This document shows positions 11,821-21,481 of a stretch of DNA of 24,815 nucleotides, piece after piece. Position 1 is the first letter of the stretch. Each line of letters begins with the position of its first letter. Origin of the DNA: Protoeuglena noctilucae (lineage: Eukaryota); contig OY253678.1 of assembly GCA_958009085.1 (NCBI GenBank), forward strand, positions 992,001 to 1,016,815, written 5' to 3'. Below the pieces are notes generated by a model that was given only the letters and a program-made list of their open reading frames with translations, made no database searches and was not told the DNA's origin. Made by a program: the position numbers and the translations under genes.

Positions 11821-13266
11821 TCACGCCCACCAGGGCTCCAGGCCCGTGCGGAAGTCCGTCTGCGGAAAGAACGCGTTCTCTTGTCATGCCGGCACCCACC
11901 ACAGCATTGTCTGACGACGGCAGAGGGCGACGCTCGTCTGATGTCACCCCTGTCGACACCCCAGCCGTCGCCGTGGGGAGGGATCCGAGCCGGCGGGGCT
12001 GCCGTGTAGCTGGCCGTCTCACCTCAGTCCAGGGCGAGAGGAACACCGAGTCGTCCGTGACGGAGACGTGGGAGAGGGCGAGGGAGAGGGGGGCGGGGCC
12101 GCGCACGACCTTGCCCTCGTTGTTGTAGCGCGAGCCGTGGCACGGGCACTGGAACTGGTTGGCCGACGCCACCCACGGGACGACGCAGCCGAGGTGCGTG
12201 CACACGGCGTTGAGGCCATACTCCTCCAGGTTCCCCTCGTTGGTCACGATGAGGTACGCGGGGTCCCCCTTGAGGCCCTGCACCAGCGACCGGTCCCCCT
12301 TCTGGTGCGTCTTGAGCCACGCCGACTTCTTCACATCGTTACCCAGAGCGTCCTTCGCGGGGAGCGCACCGCCACCGCCGCCGGAGCTGCGGACAGGCGG
12401 GGGAGGGAGGTGGTCGGCCAGTGCCGGCCGCGATCGCCCTCTGCGGGGCCGGCCGGGATGCGCGTCTCGGTGAAACGACCGCATCATCGCCGAAGGCGCC
12501 CGCTTGGCGCCCATCGCCCCACGAGGCGGGCGCGGACGACAGGCTAGGACTCGCGCGCCCGCGACCAGGCCCGCCGAGGCCCGCCGGCCCCTCCCGCCAT
12601 CGCCGTCGCGCGGAAGCGTCACCAAAGTAGGCGGTGAGAGCCACTTCCCCGACCCCGCAAGCCCACCGCGGCAGACTCGCCTGGGGGGGACAAAGAACAC
12701 CGCGTACGGGAGCGCCAGGCCGCCGATGGGCAGGCTGGCAGCGCCGAGGAGCAGCAGGTTGACGATGTTCCTCTTGTTCATGTCCGGCACCTGCGGGGAG
12801 GCCGGGCGGTGGGTTGTCCCGAGCCAGCGCAAGCCATTCGGCGCAGCGAGCGACGCGCCGACCCTCCGAAGATGCGCAGGGCAACGTAAAATCAGCGGGA
12901 GCGCGGACACCGGAGCCCCCGGCCGGTCGGGGCGCCGGCGATCGTTGGAGGTCGGAGGGGGGCCAGTGAGGGCGCCAATTTCCCCGGCTGCCCCGACCGT
13001 GCGCAAAGAACGCAGTGGGAGGTCCCAACGCGTCCGCGCGCCCCGGGGACGCGGGCTCGGCGGAGCGGGGACCGGTTGGGGCCGGAAACATCCAAATCTG
13101 CGCCGGGCCCGCAGCGGGGGGACGGGCGCCGCGTGACGCGCCGTGGATGGTCGACGCGAGCGAAGGCACGCACCTCCCCGGAGACCGCCGCGGCCGCGCG
13201 CACATTCCGGCGCTGGGCGGGCAGGCGGGGGGACGCCACCGAAGGCAGGCGGAGCTGGGCCGCCAT
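11821..13266 (-). CDS. petC: Cytochrome b6f Rieske iron-sulfur subunit, chloroplast precursor (~201 aa)
   Basis: Exons 13266-13174, 12790-12681, 12386-12023, 11859-11821. Transit peptide [10 protein letters not shown]..., [16 protein letters not shown], Gly hinge, Rieske boxes CTHLGC and CPCHGS, C-terminus [12 protein letters not shown]. Intron 2 is GC-AG. Confidence 0.97.
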
Positions 13267-13485
13267 GTTAGACACCCTCACTTCGCTAGGAGAAATCCAA
13301 ACTCACCGGCCAGCGGGCCTGGCAGCCTAGCCGAGGGGCGCTTTGGAGCGAACTTCTGGCGCCAGAAACCTCGACGTCAGCCAGCGCAGGATGCGCGCCT
13401 GCCCCCCGCCGAGCGCCGATACCTATCGCTCTCGCGCCCACTGGCGACCCGGCAAGTCCCCCCGCGCTCTCCCGCGGACGCCCGC

Positions 13486-13675
13486 TCTTGACAACAGCTC
13501 TTGACGCGTCTTGACGCGGCGCAACCTGACCGCAGCGCGGACGACCTTCGCGGCTCCTGTCCAGGGTTCTGGGACGCGTGCGGGGGGGTAAGTGCCCTCC
13601 GCGGGGGTCGCCGGGGGGCGACCTGGCGCTGCCGAGACCCCTGACGTGACTGTCGCTTCCCATTTCGACGTCCTG
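13486..13675. promoter_or_regulatory. Cluster of TGAC/ACGT-core motifs in the divergent petC-bZIP intergenic region
   Basis: TCTTGAC at 13486, 13499 and 13509; TGACGTGAC at ~13642; CGACGTC at ~13667; function not shown. Confidence 0.3.
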
Positions 13676-14043
13676 GGTATCCCTAGGCATTGTGGTTCCG
13701 CTCTGCCCGTGGCCGAGGCGCCGTTGGTGCGCGCGGATCCCCGGTTGCGCCAGCGCTGCCTCCTCACACCACCCATGCTCCCGGGCAGCCCCTCGCCGCG
13801 GTCCTTCGGGCGCCGAGGCAGGCAGGTCGCTACATAGGGAGTTGGGGGTTTGCGTAAGGGGGCGCATCGCTGTCGCCGCTGGCGCTTCGAGAGGGCGGAT
13901 GGGTCGCGCGCGTGCGAATGCGTCCGATTCTCGCGCTTGCCGGCCCGCTGCGGCAGCGCAGACACGGCGATCGATCCTTTGTCCTCTTGGTTGCCGCTGC
14001 GGACCATCCCCAGCCGGATCGGGGCCCCCGGCGCCCGCAGGCC

Positions 14044-15580
14044 ATGTCGGACCCGGCGGCGTCGCTGCCAGAGGCCCTCCCGCCGTCGGCGGCCCCGGCC
14101 CCGGCGCCCGCCTCCGCCCCGATGAGCACCCCCGCGGCCGCCTCCACCTCGGCGCCCATCCTCCCCGCGGGGTCCCTGCTGCCCCTCCCGATGCTCCCGG
14201 GCATGCTGCCCACGTCGAGCCCGGGACAGCAGCTCCTGAGCACCCCCCTGCAGGCGAGCCACTGCATGCGACGCTGCAAACACAGTTCGCGTATCTGACC
14301 ACTTGCACTCACACCAGTCACTCCCCACCCTGTTCCCCTTGCAGTTCCCCGCTGGTCTGCCGACCATCGGCGCCATGCCGGCCATGAGCCCCATGAACAT
14401 GGGCATGGCCTTCCCCGGCATGCCGCAAGAGTGGCCCATGTCGATGGCTGGGTTCCCCGCCCTCTCGCAATCGATGGGCAAGCGCCATTTGGATGAGGAA
14501 GACGAGGACGACGATGATCGCCCAAGGGGGTGAGTGGGAGATTGCGTGGTAAGCAACAGTGTGCGAAGGGACGTATGTGTGTTTCTCTGTGTGCAGCTGT
14601 GACGTGGCGACAGGCGGCTGAGCCGAGGTGGTTGTTCCTTACAACCTGACCCCCTCCCCCCCTTACCCCCTCACCCCCTCACCCCCCCCGTGCCAGGAGT
14701 GGTGCCAAGACGGTGGCGGAGATGACGCCCGAGGAGTTGGCCAAGCGCCGGGCGCAGAACCGCCGGTGGGCCCAGGCCAGCCGTGCTCGCAAGAAGCAGC
14801 GACTGGGGGAGCTGGAGCACCGAGTCAAGGAGCTCGAGTCGAGCCTCGCGGTCATGTCGCGGTCGATGGCGGAGTTGCACGGGGAGAACCAGAAGCTCAA
14901 GACGGTGCTGTCGATCGTGTCGACGCAGCTGCAGAGGTGCGTAAGGGCGGGGGAGGGGTGGGGGAGGGGTGGGGGAGGATGGTGCCCTGATGTGCTTGGA
15001 GAAGAGCTTAAAGCTGTGACGTTACCCTGTCACCACGCTGATGGCACCCTGACACCACCCCATGGCATGGCATGCTTGCAGCCAATCGGGGAACGGGAAC
15101 GGGGCCCCAAAGGTGGACGTGGCACAGCTGATGCAGAGGGTGGGGCTCAACCCGCACTCCCTGGCGCAGACGCCGCTGTCGGTGCCCCAGGCGCTGCCCG
15201 TGTCGCAGGCGGCGGGGGTGCCGGGGACGGGGGGAGACGCCAGGCGAGCACCGCAGCGACCGTGGACCGCCACGCCCGCGCTGCACCCGCCGGCGCGGCG
15301 ACGGTCAACGCCGGCCAGCTCACGCCCACAGCCTCGCTCTGTCTGCAGTGGGGCGGTGGGGGCGGGCCTGTCCATGGGTCCGCTGTCGATGGGTGGCATC
15401 CCTGGCATGTTCGGGATGCCCATGCCCGTGCCTATGTCAGTGCCATTCGACTCGGGGCTGCTGGGTGGGCTGCCAGCGAGCAGCCACGGGGGTGTCCCGG
15501 GCATGGGGGTCCCGGCCATGGCGGGGGGGCTGCGGATGGGGGACGGGCCGGGGGGGGAGGACAAGGACGAAAAGGACTGA
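14044..15580 (+). CDS. bZIP transcription factor with Pro/Met-rich flanks (~342 aa)
   Basis: Exons 14044-14253, 14345-14529, 14697-14936, 15082-15243, 15349-15580. The last intron (105 nt, GC-AG, in frame) is tentative. Basic region KRRAQNRRWAQASRARKK (N-x7-R) is followed by heptad L/V/L/M/N/L. Possible 5'UTR intron 13588-14040. Confidence 0.9.
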
Positions 15581-15735
15581 GAGAGAAATACACTTGTGGA
15601 GAGGGATAATTGCTAGCGAGCCATGCAGCTGTGTTGAGATTGAGTTTTGTGAAGCGCGTGGCTTGCTGCCCTCGCGCACGTCCGCGCGCGTGTCGCAGCG
15701 CCGTTCCACCTCGCCGTTTCAAACCCCGCTACACG

Positions 15736-16769
15736 CTACTGCGGCGCCTTGGGCGCGGCGGCGCACATCTGCACGGGCCCGACGACCTTGGCGACGTGGG
15801 GGAGCGCCACGATGCGGGTGAAGAATTGGGTGAGGTGGGGCAGGGTCTCACGGAAAGAGGGGTCGAAAACGTTTTTGAAACCCAAGAGGAGGTTGCATGC
15901 CATGACGATGTCCGCCAGGGTCGGGGCGTCCCCCACCAGATAGGTGCGACCGCGTGCGAGGTGGGACTCGACAGCGTCCAAGGCGCGCTGGGGACAGGGG
16001 GGGTGTTACGAGGGGTGGCGAACGGACGTGATGGGGCAGGTGCGCATGTCAAGAAGGGTGATGAACGAACACGATGGGGCAGGTGCAAATGCCGAGAGGG
16101 GTGGCGAACGAGCAGGATGGGGCAGGTGCCGGGCAACTGGTCATGGTAACACTGCCATGAGCAGGACTGCGTGGTTAATGTGTCACCTTGGTGGCAGCCA
16201 CCGCAGCGGCTTCCTTGGCCGGAGAGTAGGGGTAGACGCCAGCCAGGGGCAGGCACCAGGCCAGGATGGCGGGGTCGACCTGGGATCATGAGATAAAGCA
16301 GCTGAGACGCAATGCGGGGTTGAGGGCGGTAGCACCAGCGTGCCTCGGCACCCACCTCGCAGCCGGCAAAGTCGACCCACATGTCGACCTGGGCGCGCTC
16401 GTAGGGCGTGCGGCCCATCAAGTGCGCGGTGGCCGACCCGCCCGCCCGCACGATGTGCCTGGCGATCGCGTTGCTCTCAAAGAAGCACCCGGCGGCGCTC
16501 TCCATCGCGGGCACTTTGCCCAGGGGGAACTTGCGCAAGAAGTCCTCGGAGCGGTTATCCACGCCCATGCGGAAGTCAGGACACTCGATCTTGATCCCCG
16601 CGTACTCGGCCGCTATCAGGGCCTGCGGGAACGAGGCAGGAGGCGGCGTGTTTCGCGCAGGACATGATTATCCCGCGAGGCAGCCGCGCACGCATCCCGC
16701 CTCGGCTCTTGCCTTGTAGGCATTCTTGTTCGAGGGGTAGGAGTACAGGGTGGTCACGGCGGTCGCCAT
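15736..16769 (-). CDS. EF1B-gamma-class glutathione S-transferase-fold protein, GST domains only (~222 aa)
   Basis: Exons 16769-16713, 16622-16356, 16279-16187, 15987-15736. Motifs LYSYPSNKNAYKALIAAEY, FPLGKVPAME, FESNAIAR, QVDMWVDFA and TYLVGDAPTLADIVMACNL are typical of the eEF1B-gamma N-terminal GST region. The gene stops at TAG right after it. Confidence 0.88.
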
Positions 16770-17179
16770 GGTCGCGACGATTTTCCCTGCGCCACGCAAG
16801 CGAGTGCTGCACATCTGTTCAGGAGCTCCGCAAGGACGACCAGGCCCCGCAGCGATGCCATCATCCTACGCCAGACGCACCAAGCCCGATTGCGTCGAGC
16901 CCCGTCCTCAGATGTCACGACAGCACGCGTTTATCGTTTTGTCGCTGGTGTGCAGCTGGTGAGACGCGATTTCATGCACCGAGGCGCAACCTTGCAGTGC
17001 AACAGCCAGCAAGTGGCAAGCAGGGTCGGGCTCGAGCTCGGAAGGCGCGCATTCTTGGTGGCGACACCACGCCAGTCAGAGTGGCGGCGAGTCTGCTCAC
17101 CCATTGCCACGAACAGCACCTGCGATGCGGAAACTGTCTCACTAAGACCGCTGTCGTGTTGTCCTCGGCGCCATCCCCG

Positions 17180-18894
17180 ATGGCTTGCAGGCGCGCGCTG
17201 GCCGCTGCACGCCCGCTGCTCACCTGCGCATCCGATCTCGCGTCCTTTCATCCCGATCGCTTGGGACGACGGGGTATTTTCGACTGGCTGCGAGCCACCC
17301 CGTCGTCTCCCCACGAGCCCCGCACGGACGGCGCCCAAGCTGCTTCACCGGGCTCCTGGCCGCCGCTGGGTCGCGAGGAATCGCAACGAGAGAGCCTCCC
17401 GTCTCCAAATAAAAATGCCTTTGCCGAACATGCCTCCTCTTACCCCCAGGTGTGGCATCGTGTGTACATCGTCGCCTGCGGGTCGACTCACTTGCCGATG
17501 GGGCCAGCCATGGTGCAGCCGCGTTCCGGCATTGCAGGTAGACGCGGGAGGGGAGTGGACGGACGAGGCCGCACTGGCGCTGGCACGCAGCCAGGCCTGG
17601 GAGCCGACCCGCGAGGCCATCGACGTCTTTGTGGCAGTGCATGCGGCGACGGGGCTGCCGTGGTGGGGAGTCTTTGGGGGCGTCGCACTGCTCGGGCGAC
17701 TGCTGGCCGCACCACTGCAGGCCGTAGTGCGGGAGAGCAACGCCCTGAGGCACCCAGGCAGCCAGGCAAGCGCCGTACCGGTGACACCGACCGTGGCTCA
17801 CATTGCTCTACCACCGTGACTGCCGCCCACGCCTCTCCGCACCCAGCGAGGCTGCTACCTCGCAGCCACACCCCATGCGTCGACTCGTCCACAGCTACAC
17901 CCCCTTTTGCCCATGCAGGGACGCGCTGGATGCGTGGCGAAGGTCCTCCGGAGAGACGGGACCCGCACCCCCTGCTTTCCACACGCTTGATGGCGCCACG
18001 CGGATGCTCCTGCAGCAGAAGGCCACGGCCCTCGCGAGGGAGAGAGGCCTGCGCCCCTTCAGGTGATGGCCACCGCCCTGCTGCACCGTGCATGTGGCAC
18101 TCGCTCACCAACTCCCTCAGAGTCACCGATCTGCTGCCGTGCCTGTGGCGCAGGGCAACTGCGTGCGCCGTGGTCGATACCCTGCTGGCCGCTGCTCCCG
18201 TCGCGGGTTCCCTGGCCCTGGCGTCCACGCGACTTCCCTCCCTCGAGACCGGTGGGTTCGTACCCTACACTAACCTGGCAGCGGCCGACCCTCTGGGCGC
18301 CGCGGTCGGCGGCACTGCCCTCGCCCTCATGGGGCTCCTAGAGGTCGCGATGCGGTGAGCGCCTGGGTACGCTCAGCAAGTGTGCGAAGTCGCCACCGCC
18401 GCCCTGCGTCACCTGCTAACCAACCCCGCCCCTGGCCCCTGGCCTCCCGCAGCTCAGCACGGCGCGACGCGGCGGCGGGTGGCTCCCCGACTCTGGCCGA
18501 CGTGCGGGTGCGGATCGCACTGCGCGTGGCAGCGGCCGGGTCAGCGTGGGCGCTGTGGGGACTGCCTTTGGCTACGCTCGAGGTGGTGGCTGTCAGTGCA
18601 GCCACGCAGGCGATCGTTTCATTGTGGATGGGCTCGCGAGGAACGAGCCCCGCGGGGTCGCAGCAGGGGCCTGGCACGCATCCGATGGGCACGCAGAGCG
18701 GGGGCGTGAAGGTGGGGGACGAGAAGATGGGAAGCAGCGGGGGTGCGCGGCGGGGTGCGATCACGCCTGCTGCAGCGCCACCGCCAGCGGGAGCGGCGGA
18801 CGAGGCGCAGCTGCTTGCGGCCCTGGGCCAGGCGGGGGGCGCGCGGAGCAAGCTGCACCGGGCTGGCAGCAGCGCCAAGCGTAGGCAGTTTTGA
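17180..18894 (+). CDS. Divergent Oxa1/Cox18 (YidC/Alb3/Oxa1 family) membrane insertase, likely mitochondrial
   Basis: Exons 17180-17449, 17538-~17749/17765, ~17919-18062, 18154-18354, 18453-18894. The intron 2 junction is unresolved. Motifs VHAATGLPWWGVFGGVALLGRLLAAPL and PSLETGGFVPYTNLAAADP; Arg-rich N-terminal presequence. Confidence 0.78.
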
Positions 18895-18980
18895 AAGGAT
18901 GGACCGTCGATTAACTATGCCTAGTTGCAAATGTCCCAGTAAAATCCCCATCTGGGCAGGGTTTGGGTTACGGTGTTTTG

Positions 18981-19799
18981 CTAGTGGTTGAGCTGGCTGA
19001 GGATGGCGCGCTTGAGGGCCAGTCCCTGCTCCCGCAGCTCCTGCTTGCTCTTCCTGGCCGCGAGGTGTATCTTCTGCTCCAGCAGGTTCGCCTGGGCCCT
19101 GGCGAACTCCTCCACGGTCATGCGGGCGGGGTCTCCGGGAATGACGCGGATGGCCAGCTGCGTGCACACGAGCAACCTGTCAGCTGCCGGACACCTGGGC
19201 TGCCCGGGCACGCGCCGACGCCACGACATGCATCCCGTCACCTTGACCACATCCCCCAGGCCCAGGACGTCCCCCGTCTTGAGAGGGTAGGAGCACCCGG
19301 GCTCCACGCGCTCGCCGTTGATCGTGGAGCCGTTCGTGCTTCCCAGGTCCTGCGGCAAGGCGACGGCGGGAACCTTGCGCGTATCTTCAGTTCCAAATCG
19401 CGCGGAGATGGGGGCGCGGCCGCCGGTGGGCGCGGTGGGATTCAAACGGAGCGAGAGCGCACCTGGAAGACCCACGCCTCCCCCGTCCATTCCACCACGC
19501 CGTGCTCTTCGGACACGGACGGCTCCATGATCGCGAAGACGTCTGGGAGGCTCTTCTTCGTGCGTTTCTGGAGAGAGCAGCGCAAACGGGGCCGGAATAA
19601 CAACGGCGCAGCTGGCAGCCCCGCTGCGACTTTCAGCGCGACAGGCCGGCCCCCTCACCAGTCGAAACGACCCCCCGGCCTTTCCGAACTTCCGTCCCTG
19701 CCCGGGACCTGCAACAACCTCGAGCTCGAACACATCCGCCAGGCGCTCCGGGGCGGGGCCCTCCTCCTCGACCGCCTCATCCCTGGGCTTCCGCGTCAT
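18981..19799 (-). CDS. Small FHA-domain protein with C-terminal helical region (~176 aa)
   Basis: Exons 19799-19659, 19567-19463, 19349-19242, 19157-18981, all phase 0. FHA motifs LEVVAGP, R, SVSEEH and DLGSTNGSTINGERV, LKTGDVLGLG. Confidence 0.88.
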   Translation of the reverse strand: MTRKPRDEAVEEEGPAPERLADVFELEVVAGPGQGRKFGKAGGSFRLVRGPACRAESRSGAASCAVVIPAPFALLSPETHEEEPPRRLRDHGAVRVRRARRGGMDGGGVGLPGALSLRLNPTAPTGGRAPISARFGTEDTRKVPAVALPQDLGSTNGSTINGERVEPGCSYPLKTGDVLGLGDVVKVTGCMSWRRRVPGQPRCPAADRLLVCTQLAIRVIPGDPARMTVEEFARAQANLLEQKIHLAARKSKQELREQGLALKRAILSQLNH

Positions 19800-20116
19800 C
19801 CCCGGCAGGTACAGGTCGAATTATCTAGCCAGGGCGCTTCGGTCAGTGGCCGCCAGGTGGCGCAGGCAAGGAAGTTAGCTTGGACTTTGCAGGATGAGGG
19901 ATGAGACGCAGGGCGAGATGGCAAAACCCTCATTGCCTGAGTAGTTGCGTGAACGATGGCAACAGGATCTGGTTCAACAGCAAAGGATTCCGCTGGTCCA
20001 TGCCAGAAATGGCCACGTCAGTGATCACAGAAGCGTTCTTTTCTCCCAAACCGATCGACGAGCACGACAGACACTGCATGATAGCCAAGTCAATCGCACA
20101 CCGAGCACCCACACCC

Positions 20117-21397
20117 ATGGCGACGCTCCTCGGGAAGACGCGGGTGAGAAGGCGCAGGCGAAGCGTTCCGGGATCCCCAGCGCAACTCCAGCTGCAATTT
20201 GCGCGTCGTTCGAGCCGCGTCGTCGTCGATCCGCGTCCCGGGGTCGCGGGTCAGCTGGCCTTGCCTCGGGGGGAGCAGCGGAGGCCGTCGCGCGCCCCGT
20301 CGCTCGTTTCGGTGGCAGCTTTCTTCCGTTCGAACTCGGGACTGCTCAGCAATGCGCCCATGGATCTCGATCGGGGGCCGCGGGGCGCCTAACAGCCCGG
20401 GGTTGGGAGTTGGGCTTTTACGCACGCTGGGGCCACCCGCTGCCAGCGATGTCGGCTCACCTGCCGAGCTCGTTCTCCGATCTTTGCAGATTGCGGGTCC
20501 GGCGGGCCCAGCAGGACTCCGCGCGCGCCCTGTGCCCGTCGCTGGTAAGCCGCGCTCCTTGCCAGCCGAGAGCCCCCGGCACAGCGCGTCTCGCGTCGCC
20601 GACTCGACGCGCTCGCATGTCTGATGCGGTAGGGGCAATCGAGAGGACCGCGGGCGACCCCGTCGCCTGCCGCTCGCCCCCGCAGGTCCCCGCCATGTGT
20701 GTCCCGCTCCCGTCACGCGCTGCCGCGTCTTGGCCCGGAGCCAGCAGGCCGACAAGAAGTCGACGTCGGCCCAGATTGTGATCCAGGCCAAGGGCACGAC
20801 CGTGACGCCGGCGATGCGCGACCACGCGATGGAGAAGGTGGCATCGTGCGTCCACAACTTTGAGGTGCGGTGCACTGTGCACTGCCCCGCTGCGACCCCT
20901 GCATTCAAGCAGTCGCGAGGCCAACCCTGCAAGTTGGCATCCCACCGCCTCCGCGCAGGTGGATGTCAAGGAGGTGGACGTGCACATGTTTGTGCGCAGC
21001 AAGGAGCAGGGGCACCACGGCCGCGACGAGCACACGGTGGAGCTGGTGGCCTACACGCTGCGGAACGGCACCCTGCGCGTCCAGGACACGCAGGCGAGGG
21101 GCGCCACAGCTGTGGCCTGTGACCGTATGTGCCTGTGACTGTATGTGACCGTACCCACCCAGGAAGTTTGGAATCACCCCCACCCGCCCGCTGGCCCAGT
21201 ATCTGATCCCACCCTTCGCGCCTCGTTCGCAGGACAACATGTACGCGGCGGTGGACTCGTCGTGCCACAAGCTCAAGGGGGTGCTGAGCAAGACGAAGGA
21301 GAAGGCGATGCAGCGGGGCACGTGGCCGGGGCACGCGGAGATCAAGGGGGGAGCCAAGCTGGCCGAGGTGATGGCAGCACAGGAGGAGGATGACTGA
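20117..21397 (+). CDS. PSRP1: Plastid ribosome hibernation factor PSRP1/pY (HPF/RaiA, S30AE domain) precursor, lacking C-terminal domain (~186 aa)
   Basis: Exons 20117-20143, 20490-20544, 20686-20864, 20959-21093, 21233-21397. Transit-peptide-like N-terminus, then IVIQAKGTTVTPAMRDHAMEKV, VKEVDVHM, TLRNGTLRVQD, NMYAAVD...KLKGVLSKTKEK. Confidence 0.85.
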
Positions 21398-21481
21398 AAG
21401 CGGACACGGGTCACAGAGGGCAGCGGGTGCGTCTGGGGTAAAGAACAGCAGGCCGCGTGCGCGATCGATTGAAAGGGAACG

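Noticed and set aside
15736..18983. TAA/TAG reassigned to Gln, as in some ulvophytes
   Set aside because: No in-frame TAA/TAG in any modelled exon, and TAG terminates both the GST and FHA genes at sensible positions
11821..21397. Functional cluster of organelle genes (petC, Oxa1-like, PSRP1)
   Set aside because: Different compartments and pathways, interspersed with unrelated genes; expected by chance in an algal genome
11469..21481. Chlamydomonas-type TGTAA polyadenylation signals in the convergent gaps
   Set aside because: Only NGTAA variants seen (CGTAA, AGTAA, GGTAA); too weak to call
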